A DNA stretch of 64,000 bases from Vitrella brassicaformis CCMP3155 (Eukaryota; Protista; Chromerida): NCBI GenBank assembly GCA_001179505.1, contig CDMY01000356.1:1-64000 (forward strand). The letters are read 5' to 3'. This document shows positions 24,551-37,200 of the stretch, one piece after another. The translations under genes were made by a program, and so were the position numbers. Under the pieces are notes generated by a model. That model did no database searches. It saw only the letters and a list, made by a program, of their open reading frames with translations, and was not told where the DNA came from. How positions within the stretch are numbered: position 1 is the first letter of the stretch; each line of letters starts with the position of its first letter.

Positions 24551-26193
24551 ATGATGGATGAGTCAGAGCAAACGACGAACGTCCTCGACGTGGGCTGTTA
24601 TCAGATACAGGGAACTCGCCAATGTCAGGAAGACAGATTCGTGCGCGGCACCCTCCTGTGGAAGCAGCGCGCGGTAAGGACGGGCACACGCCTCCCTCGC
24701 CCCACACACGGCCTCACGAGGGCCGTGGGGTCGACACAAGAGAGCTCAGGAAGCCGTGCGATCCGGTATGTGTGTGGGTCGTCAGATGAAGTTGTTGGCT
24801 GTGTTGGATGGGCATGGGGGTTCTGAGGCGGTTGACTACGTCAAGAGCCACCTCATCGAGACCATAGAGGAGTTTATGCAGCGCCAAGCAGGTACTGTAA
24901 CCAACAGGCACTCGACAGAACGGCTGCGGCTGCCTGGAGCGGTGTGTGTGTGTGTGTGAGGGAATAGAGTAACCTCAATTGCTAATTGTTGTTTCTGTGT
25001 GTGGTTTGTTTGTGTAGAGATCAACATCGACGCTGCGGTGGTGGACGCGTTTTGGGCTTTGGATCAGCGGCTGCGTGAGCACCTGAAGGCTCAGAACAAC
25101 TCGAGCAACTCAACCGACTGCGCATCGAGAGTGAGCCACCGACCAAGCTAACCTGCAGTGCACCTCACACACATCCAGGGCTAATGCATTTGTTATGTAT
25201 TTGTGTATTTGTTGGTTGTCTCCTTCCTTCCTTGCATCGAATGAATCGATTTAGTACACGTCTGGGACGACGGCCCTCGTGTGCATCATGGACGTCGATG
25301 AATACCACCTCGCCAACCTTGGCGACAGGTACGTACAGACCCCCAGCAGACAGACAGACAGACAGGCAGGCCGGTCTGGAGACGGATGGGTGTGGTACAC
25401 TCACTGTATCTGTGGATGTGTGTATCTGTGGCTGGCTGCAGTCGTGCGGTCCTGTCGTACATGCGGAAGGACCTCAAGAAGTATGAAGACGTGCTCACAC
25501 GCGACCACACGTAAGCTAAGCTTGCTCAATGACAGACGCCCGACCAACAACCCCTCTGTGCCCGTTGTTTCTTACTTATCGCCTCGCCTCGCCCAGTGCG
25601 AAAGACGCTGATGAGATGCGTCGTATTGGTGACGAGGGCGGATACGTGGAGACCATTGACGACGAGAGCCGCCTCCAGGGGTGGGTACACACACACGATA
25701 CGCAACACAGAAGCCATGTAGCCTTCCTTCATCACATGTACAGCACAGCACATGTGTGTGCCATGCCTGTGTGGTCTGCAGTCAGTGGACGGTGACGCGG
25801 GCGTTTGGAGACTTCGATCGCCATGAGGACTACAGCAAGCCGGCCGGCATGTCAGCCGTGCCGGAGATCAAAGTCGTCTACTTCGAAGACGGAGGTACAC
25901 ACACAGAGACACCCACACACACGGACAGATGGATGGATGGATGGCTGGATGTGTCTGTGCCTGTGCAGCTGATATCATTGCGCATCAGTTTCTGCTGTTG
26001 GCGACGGATGGGCTGTTCGAACGCCTCGCCTTCTCAAATACACAGGTAGGCACATACCCCACAACCACACTCATAGAGAGGGGTACTGAGTGACGTATTT
26101 GGCCTGTTCCCGTCTGTCTGTGGTGTCTATCGTCGTCATTCGTGTAGGACTTGGCGTCGACGGTGCGACGATCGCTCAATCGGTCAAAACACA

Positions 26194-26224
<31 letters not shown>

Positions 26225-28058
26225 NNNNNNNNNNNNNNNNNNNNNNNNNNNNNNNNNNNNNNNNNNNNNNNNNNNNNNNNNNNNNNNNNNNNNNNNNNNN
26301 NNNNNNNNNNNNNNNNNNNNNNNNNNNNNNNNNNNNNNNNNNNNNNNNNNNNNNNNNNNNNNNNNNNNNNNNNNNNNNNNNNNNNNNNNNNNNNNNNNNN
26401 NNNNNNNNNNNNNNNNNNNNNNNNNNNNNNNNNNNNNNNNNNNNNNNNNNNNNNNNNNNNNNNNNNNNNNNNNNNNNNNNNNNNNNNNNNNNNNNNNNNN
26501 NNNNNNNNNNNNNNNNNNNNNNNNGGGAGGGGGGGGGGGCGGATGGCTGGAGTGTGATGGTGCCGTGGGTTCTGTCTGCCGTTGTGCTGTGCAGGACGTC
26601 GGCCCAGGCGACGGCGCAGCACGTTGTCGATATGGCATACAAGCGGCGCGCCAAAGGAAGTTAGTGAGCAATCCACACACGCCACGCCCACACACAGCCC
26701 AACAGTGGACCAACCCACCTTTCTCTCGTTGACTGATGGCATGATACGGATGCAGACGTGGCCGTGGACAACACTAGCATGATCCTGGTGGTGTTGACGG
26801 AGCCGGGGCTGTGGGGTCAGGCCCGCCCCAGCAACTACAAGCGCCACACCCGCATCCAGTTCACGGACGAGATCGAGGACCTGGACCAGACTCAGAGCCA
26901 GCCCGCCTCGCCCATCCCTACCATCGCCAGCGAGGACCGACACAACCAACACACACACCACCACGACCGCCACCTGCACCCGCGGAGCCCCCTCAACTCG
27001 TGGATGTCGGGCTCGTCCACCCAGTGCGGCATCACCGACCGCAGCGTCAGCGACACTCTCACCGCGAACACCGACACGGCCAGCCTCACCACGCAAACAC
27101 CTGAGACCGACCGGCTGCTGCCCCGGATGCCTGTGGGCGACCGCCAGTCGCACACGCCGCCGAAGTTGCTGCCTACGAGTGCCCACACGAGCCCGGGTGG
27201 CAGTCCTGTGGCCGATGTGCGTCGGCAGGGTGGTGGTGGGGTGCGTGGGGGTGCGTATCAGTCGACAAGCACGTCGGCTGCCAACAGTTTGGAGCAGGAC
27301 GGGTCGGGCAGCGACGGCTCCCCAGTGGCGACGCACAACATCACCCGGATGGGCGAGGGCAGCAACTTCCCTCTCCTCTCCAGACCGCTCTCGCACGTAC
27401 GCATCCCATGCCCGTCCCGTCTCCATACATACCAACCACCACACAGACAGAAACACGTCACATTCATGGCGACCACACACACACGGATCTCCCGTTGTGG
27501 CTGGGTGTGGTGTGTGCAGGTGGACACAGTGTTGGACTTGCGGCGTGGCAATGCCGACCTCCCCGAGGGTTCGAGTGACCTGTCGAGTCCCCTTCTCACC
27601 GACTCCACGGTCGGCCGGGGCGACAGCATGGGCATCGGCATGGGCATGGGCATGGGTGAGGGCGCGGCCTACGGCGACATCGAGCAGGGCGTTGGCGTGG
27701 CTGTGGGAGGTGGTGACGGGGGTACCAAGGGTGGGGTAGTATCGGACGGACCGGGCGAGCCAGTGCCCTCAGTGACGACGCATCGAAGATGCCGCACTTG
27801 GGTAAGTGGGTGGGTGGGTGGGTGGGTGGGCGGGTCAGAGTGATGGACACGACACATGCATTCCATTCACACAACACTGCCGCGCGCCGTGTGATGTGAT
27901 GTGTTGTTCAGGGCGCTTGGCTCAAGGATGTGGGCGGTTGGTTCGTGGCAGCCATGCGTTGCGGCTACCGGGCGGTTCGAAACCTCTTCAGCCGCCTGTT
28001 TGCCCGCCGACATGCCGACCAGCGCCCGGCCGACGAGCCGGGTTCCGCAGCAGTGTAA
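24551..28058 (+). CDS. PP2C/PPM family Ser/Thr phosphatase with a long C-terminal tail (spans an assembly gap)
   Basis: QGTRQCQEDR, VLDGHGGSEA, SGTTAL, LANLGDSRAVL, TRDH, VTRAFGDFD, FLLLATDGLFE, VDNTSMILV; final exon GAWLKDVGG...SAAV*. Confidence 0.92.
26225..26524. other. Assembly gap (300 N) inside a PP2C intron
   Basis: Run of N between CA/GA repeats and poly-G. Confidence 0.99.
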
Positions 28059-28465
28059 GGCACGCGTCTGTCCGTCCGTCTGTCTGTATGTCCGTATGTC
28101 CGTATGTCTGTACGCATTGCTGGCTGGCTGAGTGTTGGTGACATTCTTTTCGACTTTCTGAAGTGAAAATACATAAACTCATAGCGCAACGGCAGGCAGA
28201 GTCTGTCGGTCTCTCATGAAATGAACTGCGTCAATCGACCAACCCTCAATTATGCGACAAACATGCCAGCACCATCCTCAGCGCCCGCCTGGCGCATCTT
28301 CCAGCGGCGCCGCCCACCACAACCCGACCGATGAATGGATGCATTTCTTCAAGCGCGAATGAGACGCCCCATCTTTTCCATGAGTCCGCCTCCTTCCTCC
28401 CCTACCCTGTCTCCCGCAAGCTTGGCTTCGCGCGGCGTCCGCGGTTAAGACCTTCCCCTCGGTGA

Positions 28466-29839
28466 ATGAGCGTCGTGCAACAGCAGACCGCACAGTGCAC
28501 GGGGGAGGTGCAGAAGCAGCATCCCTTCTGTTACATTTTTGTCGGACACCGCACCGTCTACCTGCTCAGCCTCAAGGACATCCTGTGTCTGAGAGCCACC
28601 TGTAAATGGCTCAGAGGTCTCTTCGGAGCGGCCCAGCTGAGAGATAGACTCCACCACTCTGTCGGCTAACAGGCGGGGCTGCGGCGGGTGGTCAATGGGC
28701 AGCAAGTGCAGCTGGTGCGGTTCGACGATGACCAGTTCGGTGTGTGTGATCTGCTGGCGGCTGTGTGTATTATGGAGGAGGGAAACTGGGTGGAGATCGG
28801 CGAGGTGATTGAGCTGGGGGGGCAGTACGGCTACTGTGAGCTGCCCGTCATCCTCACAGCAGACGACATCAACACACACGCCAACAAGACGGTAAGGCAC
28901 ACACACAGAGGGGCGGGAGAGAACAGAGAGGCCTCATTGATTGGTATCTCTCTGTCTGTGTGTGGTGTGGTGTAGGCGTATGGATCGCTTCCCCGTGTGT
29001 TGACGCAGCTCATGGTGGTCGGCCGCCACGTGGCCTTCGGTGACGGCAAGCGCCTGCAGATCTTCCGCCATGCCAACGGTGAGGTGCGGGCCATCGAGGA
29101 CGAGCCCGGCTTCCGACTGACGATCGACCCGCCCCTCGCCCACGGCGATTATCTGTATCAGCAGCACCGACTACAGCATGACACACCGGTGCAAAGCAGC
29201 ATCGACTTCTACGACGAGGTGCCATGGTCACCGACCATCGATGCGTCGCTGTCGTCGTTTGCCAAGCGCATGATCATCGACCACTTCAAGCAGACTCACC
29301 CAAGGACTCACCGGGGTTATTGGGGCTATGAACAACACACAGAACTCGACAAGTAACCCACCGATGGCACTGGTGGCGGGAGGGGTGCGTGTTTGATTGT
29401 GTGTGTCTGTGTGTGGTTGGTTCAGGCGTGTTGGTGGCAGCCGTCTGGACACCCTCCTGACCCAGTCGCCCCACACACCGGTGGCCGGGTGCTCGACGAC
29501 ATACAGCTCCCGAGGTTATATGCGATACTTGGTGCTGACCAACGGCAGCCACCCCTTCGTCGCATGGATTATCCTTGAGGATGAGTTGATTGACGACAAT
29601 GGTCAGGCCGACAGACAGACAGCTGTGGTGTTCAAATGTCGTATATTGTTCTCTCTCGTCTGTCTGCAGTGTGGGTGACTGTGAAAGCGACCGAGGCGCC
29701 TGCGTGTGGTACGGCTGCCTTCAAGATTCGCTTCCCACTGACGAGTGCCCTGGCTCGTGTGATGCTGGGAGCTGGAGTGGCGCCTCACGTGTTCGACGAT
29801 CCAGCCGACTATCCACACACAGACTACGACCACTTCTGA
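28466..29839 (+). pseudogene. Member of a chromerid lineage-expanded family (F-box-like N-terminus) with an in-frame TAA at 28667-28669
   Basis: The frame is continuous on both sides of the stop (LRDRLHHSVG*QAGLRRVVNGQQVQLVRFDD), and three downstream GT-AG exons stay in frame to ...DYDHF*. The family assignment is from recollection of Vitrella-type repetitive gene families, not from a search. Confidence 0.7.
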
Positions 29840-30244
29840 GTGTCTGTCTGCCTGTGTGTATGTATGTCTGTAATGCATTGCGTACATGTGTACAGACACT
29901 CACTGCAGCTGTGATTGAATGCTCTCTCCGGATCGAAGAAGCGTCCATTGCACATCACTTCACTCAACTGCTCGTGTGCAGGCGATGATGGCACACACAC
30001 GCACACACACTGCAGACACACGCCTTTCCCCCCTCCCTCTCTCCGCGTGGACCCCTGTGGACATGAGCCTCTGTGTGAGTGTGCCTGTCTGTCTGTCTGT
30101 CAGCCACGCACTGCTGCACAAGCGCATTCACCAATTTCGCAAGCCCCACGCCTCCTTAGGGTTAGTTAAATGAGGCCATCAGCCGCCGCCCCGCCCCCCT
30201 GCAATGCAATGGGAAAAAGCCCTCAAGCCACGATCGGGAAATCC

Positions 30245-30253
30245 TGCGAGCTT
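30245..30253 (+). promoter_or_regulatory. Candidate promoter motif TGCGAGCTT upstream of FBA
   Basis: About 280 bp 5' of the FBA ATG. Confidence 0.45.
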
Positions 30254-30528
30254 AGACGTGCGAAGAGGGGAGACACACACAAACCGCACAGATCAGCAGC
30301 ACAGAGGCGTACAGGAAGGCCACATGCAGCCAGGAGAGCTCTCTTCGCTCAAATCTCCTAAAACCTTCAGGAGCAGGGTTTCGGTGCAGGGTTTTTTTCA
30401 TTGGCGCGATCCTGACCGGCCAGCCTTGGCTGCACCTTGGCTTTCTGTGTGCATTCCATTCCGCCGTCGGCCGTCCCCCCCGCCTGATCTCCCTCCCTCC
30501 CTCCCTCCCTCCCTGTGTTGTCAGCGCA

Positions 30529-32293
30529 ATGAAGTCGGTGTGCGTGGCGTTCGCTCTCTCCCTTTTTGTGGGATCTCTTGCGCAGGACATCACAGTGGAT
30601 GAGGCACTGCGGATCTGCGGTGCCGCGTCAGAAGGCTTCGTCACCCCGCCCACCAGAACGGCCAGCACGGCGCCACACTCAGCCGGTCTGCGGGGGCGGC
30701 TGCGCATGGGCCTTGATCAGTACAAGGATGAGCTTGCCCAGACGGCAAACACCATTGCGGGTCCGGGCAAGGGCATCCTGGCTGTGGACGAGTCCACCAA
30801 GACCATCGGCAAGCGGCTGGCGAGCATCGGTGTCGAGAACACTGAAGAGGCGCGGCAGGCCTACCGCGGGCTGCTCTTCACCACTCCGGGGCTGGGCGAG
30901 TACATCTCGGGCGCCATTCTTTACGAGGAGACTCTCTACCAGAACCACGCTGACGGCACACCATTTGTCGACTGCCTCAGAAACATCGGGGTCATCCCGG
31001 GCATCAAGGTGAGTGAGGTGCGATGAATGAATGCGATGATCTATCTGGGGATCCCGGGGTGGGTACGTGACCTGGCACACATGTATGTCATGTGTGTGGT
31101 GTGTGTGTGTCTAGGTGGACACAGGTCTGACGCCCCTCCCCGGTGCGCATCCCATTGAGACCTGGTGCACTGGGCTCGACGGCCTCTACGAGAGAGCTTG
31201 CAAATACTACACTCAGGGTACGCACCGAACACATGACATGCACTGATTGGCAATGGAACGGAGAGCCATGAGGAAAATGTGTGTGTTGGTGTTGGTGTTA
31301 TCAATCAATCGACTGGCCAGGTGCTCGGTTCGCCAAGTGGCGTGCGGTTCTGCAGATCACCCCCGATGGCTGCCCCACCCCCCTGGCCATCAAGGAGAAC
31401 GCATGGGGCCTTGCACGATACGCGCGCGCCGTCCAGGCAAGGAGGGAGGGAGGGCAATATCTCATTTATTTCATCACATTTCTTTCATCGCATCACGAAA
31501 ATATCGTTTGTTCTTCCGTGTGCGTTTGTGCGCCTGTGTTTGTGTGTGTGTGTGTGTGTGTGCAGGAGGCGGGTCTTGTGCCGATTGTGGAGCCCGAGAT
31601 TCTGATGGACGGCGACCACACCATCGAGAAGACTGCCGAGGTGCAGGAGAAGATCCTCGCCGAGGTCTACAAGGCCTTGTCCGACAACAACGTCTTCCTC
31701 GAGGGCACCCTCCTCAAGCCGTCGATGACCGTCAGCGGCGCAGACTGCCCAGACACCATCACACCCGACATGGTCGCTACCGACACACACAACACACGAC
31801 ACACACGAACACCACACACAGATGCAACACGTGGACGGCTTTCTTGTCTCTCTGTGTTGTGTGTGTTCAGATTGCCGAGTACACTCTGCGGACGCTTGAG
31901 CGCACGGTGCCCTCTGCGGTCCCGGGCATCATGTTCCTCTCCGGCGGCATGAGCGAGGAGGAGGCGTCGATCAACCTCAACGTCATGAACCAAAAGCCGC
32001 GCAAGGGTCCTTGGTCGGTGGCCTTCAGCTACGGCAGGGCGCTGCAGCAGTCGTGCCTCAAGGCCTGGCAGGGCAAGCCGGAGCAGCTCGAGGCCGCACA
32101 GAAGGCACTCCTCGCACGAGCACAGGTGAGTGAGTCGATGCTCGATCAGCAGCCAGCCTGGAGACTGGAAGCTTGGTTGGTTGTGTGTGTGGTGGTGGTG
32201 CAGGCGAACAGCGAGGCCCAGCAGGGCAAGTACGTGCCGGGCAGCCAGCCGTCAGCAGACGAGTCCCTCTTTGTCAAGGGATACAAGTACTAG
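30529..32293 (+). CDS. FBA: Class I fructose-bisphosphate aldolase, predicted plastid-targeted
   Basis: [51 protein letters not shown] (Schiff-base Lys), [19 protein letters not shown] and C-terminal GYKY. About 60 aa of leader (signal + S/T/R-rich transit-like segment) precede the mature start. Confidence 0.97.
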
Positions 32294-33526
32294 ACGGACG
32301 TGCGGACATCACACCTCGCTGCTCAGGGTCGGCCGACCCTCCGTGTGTGCGTGATGGGTGTTTTCTCTTTTGCTCGCGTGTGGCGTACTTACTGACTCAA
32401 TGACTCAATGATTTGTCTGCTTGACTGCCTGCCTGCCTGTCTGCCTGAGTACTCGTGTAATGACTGCGAGACCCTCCTGACATCGCACAACGCACAACGC
32501 CCCGCACACCGGTGCCTGCCTGCCTGCCTGCCTCCCCACACACAGCAACACAGGGCAGGTTCATTCAGTTTTTTCCATCCTGTTTGCCTGGCTGCCGTCG
32601 TCTCGTAAAGGTGCTCTCCTACTGGACGGACGGACGGACGGATGTCTGGGCACACCGATGTGTAAGACCCAGATTCCCTTCCCTTCTCCCTCCCTCCCTG
32701 GCGCTCTGCCTGCCTCCCTCGCTGTTTTCCTTTCCCTCTCCCTCCCCGTGTGTGTCTTCTGGCTGGCCGTCGTGTGCTCTGCTCGACTGAGTGAGTGTGT
32801 GTGTGAACGTTTAGCCTGAATGGATGGATGGATGGATGGACGCCTTTCAATCAACCTTGTCTGTGCGTTGCTTGAGGGGGAGGGAGGGGCAAGGCAAGGC
32901 GACCCAAAGGCAGACAACGAACCGACCAACGACACTGATCGATCGATCGATCGGCCGATCGATAGATACCTGCATACACACCATACCCAGTTTTTAGGTC
33001 TAAAGGCTGCCCAACAACAACAAGACAGACAAGACAGAAGACCAAGCGTTTGTGTCGGGTGGGGCGGGGAGGGCAGGGCAGGGGCTCGGCTGGCTCTCAG
33101 ATACCTGAGTGTGTGCTTGGCTGAGTGGTCGGTGGTGTCTGTCTGGTGGTGTGACTTCCTTCTTCCTTCCTTGATTGCGTAGCGTTGTGTGGCGTGCCCT
33201 CCGTGCCGTGGATGGATGGATGGATGTCTGGTGCGTGCACTGTGCGATTTTGTCTCGGTGGACCGGATGGACAGACAGGTTGGTTGGTGACATGTCTGTG
33301 TCTGTCATGACGAATACCTTCATGTTCAACCAAGATTGCCTGCTGGCTCGGCTCCTCACATTGCATGTCGCACTGCAGGCATCCAGCGAATGAATGAATG
33401 ATCGATTCATCCGTTCACTCAGTCAGTCACACGCACATGCGCAACCAGTCCGGTCCGCCAACCACCCGACTATACAGACGCACACAGGCCATTAGCTACG
33501 CGCACACATGAATGAAGGAACGGTGC

Positions 33527-36500
33527 TCATTTCTTCCGTCGTTTTCCCCCTCCCCCTCCCCCATTGTCCCTCTTGCCCCCATCGTCACACCGCGGTCGCT
33601 TGGTGCCGGCCACCGCTGCCTGGCCCCCTGCAGCCGTTGCGGTGTTCTCCGATGTGTCTGGGGTGGTTGTGGGGTCGTTTGTGACGTCCTCGATCTCGAT
33701 GTCGGAGTGGACGCACGGGGAGCTGCGGACCACAACCAACTCCTGCGAACACCACCCCACAGACAGACAGAGAGGTAGATGAACGAACACATTGCTAGGG
33801 TGCGGTGCGGTCTCACTTCTTCCCTCCCTCACTCCTTCCCTCCCTCCGTCCCTCCCTCCCTCACGCGCACCAGAGTGAAGGTTGGCATGATAAATGTGTT
33901 GTTGGTATCGAATGTGATGAGTGTGGCCTCGAGCTCGTCCACATTGGTGCCCCTCACACCCACACGGAGCTGAAGTGGCTCCTGCTGCTCCTGCTGCTGC
34001 TGCTGGTGGTGCGTGGCGCTGGACGAGGAGCTGCTCGAGGCTGCGGACACCACACAGACAGAGACACAGACAGAGAGGGGGCGGGGTGGGGTATATATGT
34101 GCCTGTGGTGCTGTCTGTGTTGTGTAATCATGTGCGTGGGAATGGATGGGTTGGTGTCCTGTCCTCGTGTGGGCGTACGTACATGTGTTGTGTCTGTTCC
34201 TGAGTCCGTAGGGCAGGTCGAATGCGCTCGTGGTGACGCGGCGGCAGTCCGTGATGTCCAGCTGCACCAGGGAAAGCAGATGCGACACCAACGCACGAAC
34301 GCCGCTGTTCTCAACTTGACTGACCATACACACACCCCAGACACACACACACGTGTCCCGTGTACTCAGCAGGCATCGTCACATCCATCCATCCATCAGC
34401 CCAGCTGTCCACCCACTCTTCCTTCCAGCCACCACTTACGTGCACTGCGATAGTTTGAGTCTCTGCAGGTCAGGGCATCGTGTGGGCAGCCGCGCCACCA
34501 GCTGGTTGGTGACGCCCTTGATGCGCGAGAGGTCGAGCGTCCGCAGCTGGTCCATGTGCTGCACTATCGCCTCCAATATGGCGCCGTCCAGCTGAGAACA
34601 GTCTGGTGGACAGACACAGACACACAGCGGACGGCGGGCGTTGATGTATGTATGTGTGTATGGCGGCGTCATGTCATGGACGGGTGGGGTGGGGTGGGTG
34701 CCTACCGGCGAGGCAGAGTGATTGCAGGTTGGTACATGCCGCCAGAGCTTTCGCGCCGCCGCTGCTCACGCCGGCCCCGCGCAAGTCCAACTCAATCTGA
34801 CACACACCACACACCATAATACACTTAGAGGGAGGAAAGAAGCCGTCGTCACGTTCCTCATCCCCCCCCTTCCCCCACCACCACCGCCTACCAGGCTACT
34901 GCTCATGTGTTCCAACGCACTCAAGTTGGTCAGGCCTCCGCACCGCTGCAGGCTCAGCCGTCGCAGCCCACTGCCGCCCCCCTCCCCCATCTGCGTCTGC
35001 GACCCTGTGCCCCGCTGCAGGGGCTGCTGTGCGCGTGCCAGGTGGTTGAGCACTGCGTCCGTCATCTTGCCGTCCACTGCCTGGCGGGTGGAGCCGAGGG
35101 CGACGTTCCGCAGCGAGGGCAGGAGCCGGAGGCGTCGCAGGCCGCCGGGCGTCACCCTCGGGCAGTCCATCAGGTCGAGACCACGCAGAACGCTATTGCT
35201 CCCCACTGGCATGCTGCATGCACGACATCACACCAACCAATGTGTTTGGGAGGGGGGGAGGGGGGATGGCGGTGGTGCTGTAGTGTGATTGCTGACTGGC
35301 TGAGGACTTCCTCGACGGCTTTGTCTGTGATGCTGGAGCAGCCGCGGAGGACCAGGACATGCAGCTTGCGCAGCTCGGGTGCGTGGGTCTTGAGGCCCGT
35401 CGCCGTCAGCTCCTTGTAGTCGGTCAGGTCCAACAAACCCAGGCGCGGCGTCCTGCGACAGACACACACACATTGGAGAGAAAGAGGGCTTGGTGTGCTG
35501 TAGTGACGTGTGTGTGTGTGTTTGTTTGTTTGTGTTTCTGTGTTGTTTCTGCGTACTGTTTGACGGCCTCGAACACTCGGCAGTCAGGCACGTTTGCCCC
35601 CCGCAGTCTGCGCCACTCGAGGCGGCGGCGGTAGGCCCTGACCTCTGCGGCGAACTCCCGACACACTGAATGAACAAATTGACAAGATGAGAAAGACCAC
35701 TCACTGCTAGTCTGCTTGTCCCGTCGTGTCGTGTGTGTGGCTGCCTTGCCTCTCCGACTGACTTCACACTCACCCATGATGGCCTCCCTGCTCACGTGCC
35801 TCAGGATGTTCCACAACAACTGCACACACACATACACATGTACACACGCATCCATCTATCCATCCATCCATCCATACCTCCTTTGGCACATCTGAGAACC
35901 AGGCCTTGGTGCCCGCCATGGCCCGCAGCTCCCGGTCCCGCCTCTCCATGGCCGCTACGTCACGCTCGTGCCGCGCCCGCAGATGCGCCGCCCTCCCCTC
36001 ATCCATCGCTATCACACCACGCAGCTGCTGCCTCTTGCCACGGGGGCCGTACACCATCGCTGCCTCCTGCGCCTCCTCTGCCTCCTCGATATCCGCTGCC
36101 GGCTGCTGCTTTGGCTGTTGCTTTGGCTGGGGCTTTGCGGGTGCAGCAGAGGGTTTGGGGGGTCTGGGAGGCGCGGCGGGTGGTTTGGTGGGCTTGGGAG
36201 GGGCAGCAGAGGGCTTTGGAGGGGCGAGTGGGGATGGCAGGGCACGTTGGTTGCGATTGGGAGGGGGAGGAGGTGGGCCTCGGCCTGGGCCAGGGGCAGG
36301 GGCAGGGTTGCTAGAGGGAGGGGGAGCAGGGCCGCGCACATCCACTCCAGCACCCTTGAGACGCTCACTCTGAATGAATGGATGCACAGCAAGGACACCA
36401 AGCGAAGAGGTCGTGTCAGCTTTGGTCGGGTCATAACTTAAGTACTCCCTCCCTCCCTCCCTCCGTCACTCACCAGACCGACAAGAAACGAAGGCACCGC

Positions 36501-36987
36501 GGCCGACAGCATGACCTGAACACAGACACAGAGCGGCGTGCGTAACAAACAGCCGTCTGTGACGGACATCAACACACATTGCCTGGCGTAATGTACGCAC
36601 GTACCAGGAGTCCCTTCTTGGTGACGATGGAGAGCTTGCCATCGTCCACGAATTTGGCATGCACCACCTGGATGTCCAATGGCTGCATACATATAACGAA
36701 TGCACACACACACCCATCGAATGGTCTGTGCTTCTTCATTTCCCGATAGCTTACTCGCAGTCTGATATCGAAGCCGACCACGGCAATCTCCATCGAGCGG
36801 CCACCTGCAGGGATGCACACGGGTGTGCTGTGCCTCATCACGGTGACGATGCATCCGTGATGCATGAGCTTCCATACATGACATACGTACCGCCATTGAT
36901 TTGAAGGCCTTTCTGAGCCTTGCTCTTGGCGGCCTTCACCGGCCTGCCCCCCTTCTCTACGCTGGTGGCCGCTCGGATGAAGTCCAT
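33527..36987 (-). CDS. F-box/leucine-rich repeat (FBXL-like) protein with Pro-rich linker and basic C-terminal NLS-like tail
   Basis: F-box FSDVPKELLWNILRHV. Cys-containing LRRs: LHVLVLRGCSSITD, LRGLDLMDCPRVT, LRRLSLQRCGGLT, LRTLDLSRIKGVTN, LVQLDITDCRRVT. Ends KRPR...KRRKK*. Confidence 0.85.
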
Positions 36988-37200
36988 GACGGCTGTGCTG
37001 TCGCTATTTCAGACGGAGATGGCCTTCAACACAAGAACCACTTGGTGGCAGGGCTGACCTCAGAGCATCAATATGGGTCGAGCAACAGCGATAGGGGTCG
37101 TGGAATTGCCCGCCATGGAAGGGCTGATGCCGCCCTCAGCCACGCCACAACAAACGTACGTGAAACAAAATTACAAGAAGTTTACAAGGCTCCAAGCCGG

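Noticed and set aside
12345-32293. Stop-codon reassignment (UAG/UAA read as sense) explaining the two internal stops
   Set aside because: UAG terminates aldolase exactly at the conserved C-terminal Tyr (32291-32293), and UAG/UAA also end the vWA gene and PP2C, so both are real stops here.
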